From contig CAYUAQ010000005.1 of the NCBI GenBank assembly GCA_964442705.1, positions 1,102 through 65,101 on the forward strand: DNA of 64,000 nt, written 5' to 3'. The position numbers and the translations under genes were made by a program. The stretch comes from an uncultured Desulfobacteraceae bacterium (lineage in GTDB: Bacteria > Desulfobacterota > Desulfobacteria > Desulfobacterales > JALSRD01). Under the pieces are notes generated by a model. It did no database searches, was not told the DNA's origin, and saw only the letters and a program-made list of their open reading frames with translations. Below are positions 26,303 to 35,770 of the stretch, piece after piece (the first letter of the stretch is position 1; each line of letters begins with the position of its first letter).

Positions 26303-27548
26303 CGGTTCCTCCCTCAAATCTGATTTCCGGGAAAACAGCCGCCATTTCCGACGCCACCCGATTTACGATGCCCTGCAGCCAGTGGATACCGGCTTCTTTC
26401 AGACGACTATCCAGGGCCTGTACAACACGCACATAGTCGCGACCCTGTCGTGCGATCTCTTCTTCAATCCCGGCAACGAAGCGGCTGTCCGGTTTCATGC
26501 CGCCTGCGGCCTGATCCTGTTTTTTCAGAACCTCCTGAACGGCATTGAAAATTCCTCTGCGTACAGGGGCAACCGGACCGGCGCCGTCTGCTTCCGCGTC
26601 GGTGCATAATGTTCCCATGATGCGGCAGAAAGCCGTGAAACGCAGGATGCGTTCTTCGATGATGCTGTCGATGTTGTCCAGCAATCCCGCATGCAACGGT
26701 TTCGGGAAGTCTTCGCCGACAAAAAGGCTCCTGACACGGCGATACCACTGCCGCAGGGCAAACAGGTTACCGATGTACAGCACGTTGTTGATCACCGTGG
26801 AATGGATTTGATTGATTCCGGCAGCCGTGAAGGGAACGCTGCGATGCCGTTGCCCGCCGCCACCGAGGATCAGCCGCCCAGGCCGCAATTCGTCACGACG
26901 GCAGATGGTCCCGGCTGCCACCACCGTGCCGAAGGTGATGCGCCGGGGGCCCACCAGGCCGCCCTGCCCTCCCAAAAAAATGGGGTCCTGATCGAGCATC
27001 ACACCTCTGGGCACATCTCCCAGCAGCGAAGCCGTGGCTTTGTCCTGGTTGGGGGTGTAGTTGAAGTGGATGTACGAACTGCCGACTTCGCTGTGGTTCC
27101 CGGGGCTGGTGCCGCCGGCCATCAGGCAGTCGCAGAAATTGATGAGACTGCCTAAGGTGACAAAGGGAAAGAGGATGGTCTGTTTCAGCGCTACGCTGTG
27201 GGCACCGCGGGCACCCTCTTCCAGAATGGTCCCCTCGCGCACGTGCGCACCGGACTTCATGGAAGCGCGGGCGAGAAACACCGCCCCGCTGAAATAGCCG
27301 CCCGCCAGCTTGACGCTGGGACCGATGCGGCAGTTTTCGATGGTAACCGGCGCCTCGCGCCCCAACTCGGCGTTGCTCATGATCAGGGTCTCGCGGCCGC
27401 TTATCCGGGTGCCGCCGTGAATCTTGACGCCTTCTGCCGAAATACGATCCAAGTCCACCTCCGGGCCCACATAAACGCTTTCCGGGCAGCGGATGGCAAC
27501 GCCCTTTTCAATAAGCCTTCGAATTCGCTCGCTTCTGTCTTCTCCCAT
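26295..27548 (-). CDS. Stand-alone left-handed beta-helix (hexapeptide-repeat) protein with C-terminal helical domain; GlmU-acetyltransferase-like candidate
   Basis: 417-aa ORF. The N-terminal about 230 aa carry imperfect hexapeptide periodicity (VKIHGGTRISGRETLI.., VKLAGGYFSGAVF.., GGQGGLVGPRRITFGTVVAAGT). There is no N-terminal nucleotidyltransferase domain. The 3' end overlaps the glmM start by 8 nt. Confidence 0.65.
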   Translation of the reverse strand: MGEDRSERIRRLIEKGVAIRCPESVYVGPEVDLDRISAEGVKIHGGTRISGRETLIMSNAELGREAPVTIENCRIGPSVKLAGGYFSGAVFLARASMKSGAHVREGTILEEGARGAHSVALKQTILFPFVTLGSLINFCDCLMAGGTSPGNHSEVGSSYIHFNYTPNQDKATASLLGDVPRGVMLDQDPIFLGGQGGLVGPRRITFGTVVAAGTICRRDELRPGRLILGGGGQRHRSVPFTAAGINQIHSTVINNVLYIGNLFALRQWYRRVRSLFVGEDFPKPLHAGLLDNIDSIIEERILRFTAFCRIMGTLCTDAEADGAGPVAPVRRGIFNAVQEVLKKQDQAAGGMKPDSRFVAGIEEEIARQGRDYVRVVQALDSRLKEAGIHWLQGIVNRVASEMAAVFPEIRFEGGTDG

Positions 27549-27555
27549 ATCTCGG

Positions 27556-29970
27556 TCAATTTCTGACGTTTCTGTTGCGAATCAACTGTTTGTACAGCAA
27601 TTCAATATCCGCGATGAGCCGATCCCGGCTGTATCGATCGATGACAAAGGCCCGCGCCTGGTCCACCCTTTGGCTGAATTCGTCGGATCCGACGTCTATG
27701 AGAAACTTGATCCCTTCGGCAAATCCGACCGGGTCGAAGCGGTTGCACAGGACCCCCCTTCGGCACAGCGAGAATCCCTCCTGCCCCGGCACGCAGTCCG
27801 GGACTCCCATGAGATCCTGTACGCCGCCCACTTTGGTGGCGATGACAGGAACAGAGGAAGCCATGGCTTCGATAATAGAAACGGGTGTTCCCTCGTTAAT
27901 GGACGTCAGCGCCAGAATATTCAAATCCGCATATACCTCCGCCACATCCCGTATCCAGCCACAGAAGATGACAGACGGTTCAATCCCCAGCCGTCTGCTC
28001 TGGTCCTTCAGCTGTTCCTTCAACTCGCCGTCACCAACCACCACAAATTTTATCGGAAGTTTCGGGTAACGGTCCAGCAGAATTTTGGCAGCGTCCAGAA
28101 ACATGCCATGATTTTTGATGGGCACCAGCCGCCCGATGATACCGATAAGAACGGTCTCATCGTCGACCCCTATGCGTCGACGGAAGCGCCCCCTGTGTTT
28201 GTGGGCCCTCAGAAACGGATTTAGATCGAACCCCAGTTCGATGACTTTTGTCTTGGAGGCCGGTGCGATGCGATACGCTTCAACCAGCTCTTTTTTCTGG
28301 CTTTCGCTGATGGCGATGATGACGTCGGTCATCCGCCCGATGACCCGCTCGACCAGAACAAATGTGTGCGACTTGAGCCGATTGAAATACCCCCGAAAAA
28401 TATGCCCGTGAAAGGTATGAACGGTCAGAATTTTCTGACGTCCCAGCAGGTTGCACAGGAAAACCGTGGTGCGGGCGCCAGAGCCGGCCTTGGCGGTATG
28501 GGTGTGGACGATGTCCGGATGGAACTGGCGAATCAGTCTGAAGATATTTAAAAAGACCCTGAAATCTTTTCGAATGCTGATTTCACGCTGAAGATCTTCG
28601 ATGACGATGGGCTTGTTTTCGAAATCATCGAAAAGATATCCCATATCCCCCTCGTTGGGAGAGATGGTTCCGGTGATGATGGTGGATTCGAAGATTTTCG
28701 AATCCAGTCCCTTGCTCAGCAATTGCACGTGGATGGCCGGGCCACCGATGTTGAGCCGAGAAATAATACGCATTACCCGGATCTTATGCTCCCTTTCCTC
28801 CCGGCCGCCCACCGGGGCTGACAAAAGGGGCTGTCTTTCCTTTTGGTGCGATTCGTCCGTCAGCATCTGGCGGTACAGTGCGATAACCCCCGTGATCATG
28901 CGCTCCACGGAAAAATGAGTGCTGACGCGCTGGAACCCGGCCCGCCCGAATTGCTGGCGCAGGTCTGGGTTTTCCATGAGCAGGTTGACCGCCTGCGCTA
29001 ATGTTTCCACGTCCCCGGGTGCCACCACCAGGCCGGTTTTACCCTGCTGGTTGACGTAGGAGGTGCCGGTGTTCAGTTCCGTACAGACCACTGGTTTACC
29101 GCAGGCCATGGCCTCCAGCTGAACGATACCGAAAGCTTCGCTGCGCTGAATGGAGGGCAGGACAAACACATCGCAGGCATGCAGGTAGCTGATCATTTCG
29201 GGGTCCGACAGTTCCCCCAGAAAGATGATTTTGTCTATCAGTTGGGCCTCACGCGTCTGGCGCCGAAGTTCACGCTCAAGCGGTCCGGTGCCGATAAGCA
29301 GCAACTTTGCATTGATGTGCCGCATGGCCTCGATCATGACGTGAAGCCCCTTGTAGTAGCGAAACCGCCCGATAAACAGGATAAACGGGCCGTGCTGCCG
29401 CTTTATGGCTTCAATTTCATTTTCTTTTTCGCGGGGATAACGGAACTTTTCAATGTCGATGCCCAGCGGTATGACACGGCATTTGGATTCGAAGCCGGAC
29501 AACACGGGGGATGAGCGCACATAATTTTTCGAAGTGGCGATGATGGCGCGGCTCTTTTTCAGAAAACGCACCAGAAAGGGGGAGTAAACCTCCTTCAAGC
29601 GTTTCTGCTTGACGATGTCGCTGTGATAGGTGACGATCACGTTGTTGGTGAGGCCCGGAAAGAGCGATGAAAGTTCGGCCGTGGGGTTTGGGAAATGAAA
29701 GTGTATGATGTCGGCATCCCTTCCCAGCTTCTGAAGCCAGAAGGGAAATGTGGCGTTCAGCGGTGCCGATGCAAAGCGGCCCACCTGGGGCACTTTGGTC
29801 ACCGGGATGCCGTTGATGTTGACTCGCTCCAGAGACGCCCGGGTGTTGGAGACCAGCACTTCAACATCGATACCGTGGCGCTTCAGCCCCTCGGACAGCA
29901 GGTTGAGGTGCCCCTCGATGCCGCCTTTGACAGGCGGGTAATAATCTTTATAAACCTGCAGGACCTTCAC
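27556..29970 (-). CDS. Double-domain GT4 glycosyltransferase (two GT-B modules)
   Basis: Start taken at GTG29970 (VKVLQVYKDYYPP), which forms a GTGA overlap with the upstream stop; the track ORF runs to 30024. Two EX7E-type motifs are present: SEAFGIVQLEAMACGKPVV and NEGTPVSIIEAMASSVPVI. Confidence 0.85.
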   Translation of the reverse strand: MKVLQVYKDYYPPVKGGIEGHLNLLSEGLKRHGIDVEVLVSNTRASLERVNINGIPVTKVPQVGRFASAPLNATFPFWLQKLGRDADIIHFHFPNPTAELSSLFPGLTNNVIVTYHSDIVKQKRLKEVYSPFLVRFLKKSRAIIATSKNYVRSSPVLSGFESKCRVIPLGIDIEKFRYPREKENEIEAIKRQHGPFILFIGRFRYYKGLHVMIEAMRHINAKLLLIGTGPLERELRRQTREAQLIDKIIFLGELSDPEMISYLHACDVFVLPSIQRSEAFGIVQLEAMACGKPVVCTELNTGTSYVNQQGKTGLVVAPGDVETLAQAVNLLMENPDLRQQFGRAGFQRVSTHFSVERMITGVIALYRQMLTDESHQKERQPLLSAPVGGREEREHKIRVMRIISRLNIGGPAIHVQLLSKGLDSKIFESTIITGTISPNEGDMGYLFDDFENKPIVIEDLQREISIRKDFRVFLNIFRLIRQFHPDIVHTHTAKAGSGARTTVFLCNLLGRQKILTVHTFHGHIFRGYFNRLKSHTFVLVERVIGRMTDVIIAISESQKKELVEAYRIAPASKTKVIELGFDLNPFLRAHKHRGRFRRRIGVDDETVLIGIIGRLVPIKNHGMFLDAAKILLDRYPKLPIKFVVVGDGELKEQLKDQSRRLGIEPSVIFCGWIRDVAEVYADLNILALTSINEGTPVSIIEAMASSVPVIATKVGGVQDLMGVPDCVPGQEGFSLCRRGVLCNRFDPVGFAEGIKFLIDVGSDEFSQRVDQARAFVIDRYSRDRLIADIELLYKQLIRNRNVRN

Positions 29971-31097
29971 TGTATGGCCGCCCCTTCCAGGGTTTGAATG
30001 GTTTTCCGGGCGCAATCCGTCCATGAGAAGGCTCGGGACCGTTGCCGGCCGGCCGCAATCAGTCTTTTGCGCAGTTGTTCATCGCACAGCACGGATAAGA
30101 CAGCTTCTGCAAGCCCCCTGGTGTCTGTGGGATCCACCAGCAGTGCTGCGTCCCCGGCCACCTCGAGCATGGAGGATACACTTGACGTAATGACCGGTGT
30201 TCCCATGGCCATGGCTTCCAGAATGGGAAATCCGAACCCCTCGTAAATCGAGGGCAGAACAAGGCACACGGCCCGTCTGTAGAGCCGGGCCAATTGTGCG
30301 CGGCTCAGATAGCCCGTGAGCCGGACATTTCTTTTGACGGGGCTCTGCGCCAGTTTGGTGAAAAAAGCGCTGTTTTTCCAGCCGCTGCCCCCCACGATGA
30401 CCAGATGGAGACCGTGCCGCCTTGGATCCAGTCTCTCGAAAGCCCTGAAAAGACCTTCGAAATTTTTCCTGGGATCGAGGGTTCCCACGAACAGAACGAA
30501 CCTGTCAGGGAAATCGTCTGCCGCTGCGGCGGTTTCCGGCTCATCCGGCAGTGGCGGAACGCCCGGGTAAATCACCCTGATTTTAGAAGGTGTTACGCCA
30601 TACCAGCGCTCCAGATCCCGGCGTGTGGAATACGCATCGGTGATGATGGCCCCGGCCCTGCGGATGGAAGCCTTCATCAGCAGCCGCTCTACCATCAGGT
30701 TGGCCCGACTCATGGTTTGCGGGTAGCGCCGGTGCACGATATCATGAATGGTGACCACGCATCCCACTGCGGGCGGCAGCAGCACGGGAAGATGGTGCCG
30801 GGGACTCCAGAAAACGTCTAGCTGCAGGCGCCGGGCCAACAGCGGGGCCTGGGTCTGCATCCAGACGGTACTGGTCAGTTTTTTCGACGACCCACCCTCA
30901 AACTTGTGCCATCGGGCGTGGACCGTGCGGTAAGGCATGGGCGCATTGGATATCAGGAAGAAGCGATGCGGGGATTCCACAGCCTGCATGGCGTCCAGGA
31001 GATGTTTGACGTAATAGCCGATGCCGGTCAGCTGATAGCTCAGGGGACGTGCGTCGATGCCGATATGCAGGCCGCGTTCTGCGGTGTTTTTTTCCAT
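29967..31097 (-). CDS. GT4 glycosyltransferase
   Basis: 376-aa ORF with YEGFGFPILEAMAMGTPVITS and GT-B fold features. Confidence 0.85.
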   Translation of the reverse strand: MEKNTAERGLHIGIDARPLSYQLTGIGYYVKHLLDAMQAVESPHRFFLISNAPMPYRTVHARWHKFEGGSSKKLTSTVWMQTQAPLLARRLQLDVFWSPRHHLPVLLPPAVGCVVTIHDIVHRRYPQTMSRANLMVERLLMKASIRRAGAIITDAYSTRRDLERWYGVTPSKIRVIYPGVPPLPDEPETAAAADDFPDRFVLFVGTLDPRKNFEGLFRAFERLDPRRHGLHLVIVGGSGWKNSAFFTKLAQSPVKRNVRLTGYLSRAQLARLYRRAVCLVLPSIYEGFGFPILEAMAMGTPVITSSVSSMLEVAGDAALLVDPTDTRGLAEAVLSVLCDEQLRKRLIAAGRQRSRAFSWTDCARKTIQTLEGAAIQ

Positions 31098-31098
31098 T

Positions 31099-33573
31099 TC
31101 AAAGAGCCGTCTGTCCGTCGGCAGGCCCGGCAGCTTGCCTTTGCGCCGGTGAAAACCAGCCGCTGACGCGTTTCAACCGGCCGGCCAACCGGCTGGCGAT
31201 GACCATCCAGTCATAGTGTTCCACCACGCAATCCCTGGCGTGCCGAATCCGGGATACCATCGGCGCGCGATTGTCCCGCATGCTTTCAAGCGCTTCGGCA
31301 AAGTCATTCAGTTCGGCCAGCTCAACGTACCGTTCATCCGCCAGCAGCAGGCCCCTGGCACCATGGGGCGTCGAGAGGATGGGAATGCCGGCGGCGGCAT
31401 ATTCCAGCATCTTCAGGTTGGTTCCGGAGCCAGCGGCCATAGGATTCAGGGCCACATCGGCACAGTGCAGCACCACTTCACGGGTCTGGTTGTCAACAAC
31501 CCCCAGCAGCCCGACGTTGGCCGGGATCCTGCGGTCCTGAACAGCCTGGCCGACGCTGCCCATCACCAGGAAGAACATGTCCGGCAGCCGGGTGGCCAGT
31601 TCCAGGACAAACAGCAGGGCATCCACATTGGGACCATGCCAGCTGCCCGTAAACAGCGCCGTAAAAACACGACCGATGCCCAAACGCCGTTTTGCGGCCA
31701 TGCGTTCTTTCCAGGGGCAGAAGGTAACGGATTCCAGGTCCACGCCGTTGGGAATCAGCCACACCTTTTCCGGACCGATGCCATATCGGTCCTGGAGCCT
31801 GCGGGCATCCTGGGGTGAGCATGCCTGCACGAACCGGCTTAAATGACAGCAGTCCCTCTCCACTGCTGCGGTCCTCTCCAGCAATTGCCGCCCCCGGGCG
31901 GTGGCGGCCAGGATAGCCGCCTTGAGATCGGCCTCCACGTTATGGGCCTCGTAGATGATTTCCTTTCCCGGGCAGGCTTCCTGAATGGCCGGCAGGCAGA
32001 AGGGATGGGAAACAACCACTGCGCAAGCCTGGCGGGCGGATCTGCTCACGGCTTCGCCGAAAGCGGGGGTCAGCCCGAACAGCTCGGGAAAGGCGACATC
32101 GGTGACGGCGACAGCGCCGGCCTGGTCGCTGATGCGCTGTTCGGCCCGCTCGTGTGCGGCGCTCTTGGGCACCCGGATCTCAAACAGTCCCGGGGCGATT
32201 TCCGTTTCCATGTACGCCTGGCTGCAATGCCCCAATGTCACCAGGTCGATGCGGCAGGACAGGGCTGCCGCCAGGTGCCGGTAGAGGTGGAACACCCGCT
32301 GCTGACCGCCGCCGCGGGGCGGAAACACGGCAAAAGGCACCACCACGCAGAGGCCCGCCGGCTGATCCTCAACCCCCTCCCCTTTTGCGGCTGCCGGCCG
32401 CTTTCCAGGTGGCTTTTCCGCTAGCAGGGCCGCCACCGTGTTGGTCCAGGTGATGGGGGCAACCCGGCGCTGGCCCCGCAGCCCCATTTCCATCGCTTGG
32501 CGGGGGTGCCGGCACAGGTAGTCGATTTTTTCAGCGATGGCCTGGGGTTCCGGCGGTGTGCTGAAACCGGTGAGTCCGTTTTCCACGAACTCGTTGGGGC
32601 CGCCGGCGTCGGTCACCGTGATGACCGGTTTGCCGCACATCATGGCTTCGACGGTAACCAGGCCGTAGTCTTCATCGTGTGGCACGAAAAGAACCGCCAG
32701 GGCGTTGCTGTAGTAATCCATCACCCGGTCATCGTTGACAAACCCCATGAATTCGACCCGGGTATCGCCCCGCGCCATGCGCCGCAGGCGATCCTCATCG
32801 GGACCGCTGCCGGCTATCTTGAGAGGTATATCGGCCTTTACGTATTTCATGGCCTCGATCAGCAGCGCAATGCGCTTGGGCCCGTCCAGGCGGCTGACGG
32901 TGAACAGGTGCCTGGCCGGTCCCCGGCGAAATCCGGTGAGATTGGAGGGGGGATAGATCACGTGTACGCGTTTGGGGTCCGGAAAATAGTCACGTCGACC
33001 GGCCACGTTGGCCGAGATGGCGGCGTATTTTCGGATAGCGGCGGGAGACAACCCGATGCCGTCCAGGAAGTGGACGATTTCCCGTGCCAGAGGACCCGGG
33101 AAACGAAAAGCCCCGTCATTGTCCCTGCAGTCCCCGCGCCGGCAGAGGGCATCCCAGCGGTCGAAAAACTCGTCCAGACACGATCGTCGCCCGCGGTTGC
33201 GGTGCATAAAATCCGTCAGGGAGATGATTTCGGGATCCCGACCCTCATACACCTCGGGTTCGTCGCACAGGTAGTAGGTGTCGTACAGCCCCCGCAACCG
33301 GTGAAGCATGTAGCAGACGTGATTGGCATGGTGCACCATCCAGGCCGGATATTTGGTGGAGATCAGCAGATCGAAATAGGAAAGATCCAGCCGTGTGAAC
33401 CGGCGGTAACCGTCCACGAGATCCCGCAGGTTGGATTCAGGGCTGGGCAGTTTGATAAGCTCGGCCTGGTGCGGCGTGTGCTGATTGATGTGGTCCAGCA
33501 GTCCCCAGTGCAGGTTTTCAGCACCGCCGATGGTGAAGGGAACAGGACTGGGAGCCACGATGCCGATTTTCAC
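31099..33573 (-). CDS. Double-domain GT4 glycosyltransferase
   Basis: Start taken at GTG33573 (VKIGIVAPSPVPF), which forms a GTGA overlap with the upstream stop; the track ORF runs to 33603. Motifs DEDYGLVTVEAMMCGKPVI and GSGTNLKMLEYAAAGIPIL. Confidence 0.85.
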   Translation of the reverse strand: MKIGIVAPSPVPFTIGGAENLHWGLLDHINQHTPHQAELIKLPSPESNLRDLVDGYRRFTRLDLSYFDLLISTKYPAWMVHHANHVCYMLHRLRGLYDTYYLCDEPEVYEGRDPEIISLTDFMHRNRGRRSCLDEFFDRWDALCRRGDCRDNDGAFRFPGPLAREIVHFLDGIGLSPAAIRKYAAISANVAGRRDYFPDPKRVHVIYPPSNLTGFRRGPARHLFTVSRLDGPKRIALLIEAMKYVKADIPLKIAGSGPDEDRLRRMARGDTRVEFMGFVNDDRVMDYYSNALAVLFVPHDEDYGLVTVEAMMCGKPVITVTDAGGPNEFVENGLTGFSTPPEPQAIAEKIDYLCRHPRQAMEMGLRGQRRVAPITWTNTVAALLAEKPPGKRPAAAKGEGVEDQPAGLCVVVPFAVFPPRGGGQQRVFHLYRHLAAALSCRIDLVTLGHCSQAYMETEIAPGLFEIRVPKSAAHERAEQRISDQAGAVAVTDVAFPELFGLTPAFGEAVSRSARQACAVVVSHPFCLPAIQEACPGKEIIYEAHNVEADLKAAILAATARGRQLLERTAAVERDCCHLSRFVQACSPQDARRLQDRYGIGPEKVWLIPNGVDLESVTFCPWKERMAAKRRLGIGRVFTALFTGSWHGPNVDALLFVLELATRLPDMFFLVMGSVGQAVQDRRIPANVGLLGVVDNQTREVVLHCADVALNPMAAGSGTNLKMLEYAAAGIPILSTPHGARGLLLADERYVELAELNDFAEALESMRDNRAPMVSRIRHARDCVVEHYDWMVIASRLAGRLKRVSGWFSPAQRQAAGPADGQTAL

Positions 33574-34610
33574 CCGAGCAACTCCTCCACCACTTGGTGC
33601 CACGTGATCTTCATCTGCCGGTAGCGCGCCAAACCCGCCCGACCCATCTGTTCGGCAACTTCGGGTTGAAAATGAAGTTCATCGATGGCCTGGGCGATTT
33701 CTTCGGGATCAGGCGCCGTCACCAATCCGGTCTGGCGGTGACGCACGAATTCCAGCGCCCCGCCCGAGTCCTCACAGGTGATAACGGGTTTGGCGGCCAG
33801 CATGGCTTCCAGGGTCACATAGCCGTAATCTTCCCGGAAGGGACCGAAAAACACGCCCCGGCAGCGCGCGTAGCAGGCCAGCAGTTCGTCATGGCCGATG
33901 CGCCCCATGAGCCGCACCCGCTCCTGCAGGCCGAGTTTCGCGATAAGCTGCTCCAGTGCCGGCCGACAGCCGCCCTCTCCGGCGATGAGCGCCGCCACGG
34001 GGGCCTTGACATGCCGCATGGCCTTTACCAGAAGCTCCTGGCGTTTCAGCGCCTCCAGCCGGCTGGGAAAAAAAATGAACGGTTCGGCCTCGGCATGGTA
34101 AAACCGTTCGGCCAGGAGCGGCGGGTGGTACAGCGGCGTGGACTCCACGGCGTTGAAGCGCCGCATGCGCCGGGAAACTTCGCGGGCAATGGTGAACACT
34201 TTTCGGCAACTGCGCAAGTGCCGGGTGTCCTGTGCCATGACCTGCCGCCGCAACTGCTGGCCTTCGCTGCTGCGCCGCAGTTCCTGGCCATAGGAGGTGT
34301 CCCACAGCTCGTAGACCGCCCGGTGCTGATGGAGCAGCCATACCACTTTGTGAGGATGCTGGAGGTAAAACGAGGGGAAGGTCAGGCAGATGACCCGGTC
34401 GATGGAAATGCCGTTCAGCCGCGTGAAATCTTCCTGCCGCCAGGCCTGCATGCAACGCAGCACTTCGGCAGGCGGATGGAAACGAAACGGCAGGGTGATG
34501 ACCGCCACCTCGATGCCACGTTCGGCCAGCGCCTTTTTCAGTCCCATGGTCAGGTTGTCGGCGCCCCCCCGGATGAAGGGAACCTGTACGGTGGCGATGG
34601 CCACTTTCAC
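33570..34610 (-). CDS. GT4 glycosyltransferase
   Basis: 346-aa ORF with REDYGYVTLEAMLAAKPVITC. Its GTG start forms a GTGA overlap with the methyltransferase stop. Confidence 0.85.
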   Translation of the reverse strand: MKVAIATVQVPFIRGGADNLTMGLKKALAERGIEVAVITLPFRFHPPAEVLRCMQAWRQEDFTRLNGISIDRVICLTFPSFYLQHPHKVVWLLHQHRAVYELWDTSYGQELRRSSEGQQLRRQVMAQDTRHLRSCRKVFTIAREVSRRMRRFNAVESTPLYHPPLLAERFYHAEAEPFIFFPSRLEALKRQELLVKAMRHVKAPVAALIAGEGGCRPALEQLIAKLGLQERVRLMGRIGHDELLACYARCRGVFFGPFREDYGYVTLEAMLAAKPVITCEDSGGALEFVRHRQTGLVTAPDPEEIAQAIDELHFQPEVAEQMGRAGLARYRQMKITWHQVVEELLG

Positions 34611-35770
34611 GGACGGTATCCCACCAGGACGAAATCCCGCGAAACCTTCACGTAGTCCATCAGTCTTTCGAAGCGGCGCTCTTCGGCAGGTTGCAGGCGC
34701 CGGTCCCCGCCGTCCTCCACGAGAAAATAAGCGGTTGGCCGGGCAAACCCCCGGCAGCGGGCCAGAAGCGCCAGGGTATCCGGGTGAACTGGATTGCGGT
34801 GGGTGGGGTCGCGGTAGAAATCCCCCCCGCTCACCAGCAGGTTGCGGGCGTTGGGTGTTTCCAGAATAACGATCCCCCCTGGGGTGAGCACCCGCAGAAT
34901 TTCATCCAGCAGTTCGATCTGAGCCTCGAATTCCAGATGCTCGATGAGGTGAAAGGCCGTCACAGCCCCCAGGCTCTGTGCTGAAAGGGTCTTAAGATAC
35001 CCGAACACATCCGCTTCGACGACGGTGAGGCCCTGCTCGCTGCACTCCTGTATCATCAGGCGGTTGGTATCCACACCGCTGGCCTGCAGTCCGCTTTCGG
35101 CCAGCAGTGTCAGCCATTCGCCGCGTCCGCAGCCCAGGTCCAGTATGGGTCGGTGCGGCTCTCCGGCACCGGCTTCACGGATCAGGGGAAGATAAATTTC
35201 CAACGACTCCCGGATCGTTTCAGCGGGGCCTCGGAACCGATCCTGGAAGGCGGCGTAGAGCGGATCGAGCAGGTGCGCCGAGGCCCGGTTTTTATCCGGA
35301 AACCTCTGTTCTGGCGCCGCATCTGCCGGCGTTCCTACCGGCATCGTCTGGGCCAATCGCTCCATTTCCCGCTGCTGAAAGGAAAGTCCCCTGGCCACCT
35401 GGGCCAGGGAATGTTCCAGTCGCTGGATCTGCTGATCCTGCAGCCGCACCACCAGGTGAAGCGCCTGTATCACCGACTGGTTGAACATGCGTTGGGGCGT
35501 TGTGATGACCTGGGTCAGGTAGATCATCGTTCTGGCGGCCGTCCTGGCCAGCCAGCGGACCCGTCGGCTGAAGCGGTTCATCTCCGGAACCCGGGTGCCG
35601 ACACGCGCATTTTGCTCGGCGCGGTTGATGGTCTGAAAAAGCTCGGCGCGGTTGAAAGCCGGCGCCTTGGACGCTGACGTCTCCGCGCCAACGGCACGGC
35701 GGGCGGCTTCCTCGCGGATACGGGTCATGATGGTTTCCACGTCCACGGGCCGGCTGTCCTGGTGGTTCAT
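34607..35770 (-). CDS. Class I SAM-dependent methyltransferase with N-terminal coiled-coil region (WbdD-like chain-terminator candidate)
   Basis: Start taken at MNHQDSRP (ATG35770, ATGA overlap with the wzt stop) inside track ORF 34607-35875. SAM motif I is ILDLGCGRGEW. It sits directly after wzt. Confidence 0.78.
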   Translation of the reverse strand: MNHQDSRPVDVETIMTRIREEAARRAVGAETSASKAPAFNRAELFQTINRAEQNARVGTRVPEMNRFSRRVRWLARTAARTMIYLTQVITTPQRMFNQSVIQALHLVVRLQDQQIQRLEHSLAQVARGLSFQQREMERLAQTMPVGTPADAAPEQRFPDKNRASAHLLDPLYAAFQDRFRGPAETIRESLEIYLPLIREAGAGEPHRPILDLGCGRGEWLTLLAESGLQASGVDTNRLMIQECSEQGLTVVEADVFGYLKTLSAQSLGAVTAFHLIEHLEFEAQIELLDEILRVLTPGGIVILETPNARNLLVSGGDFYRDPTHRNPVHPDTLALLARCRGFARPTAYFLVEDGGDRRLQPAEERRFERLMDYVKVSRDFVLVGYRP

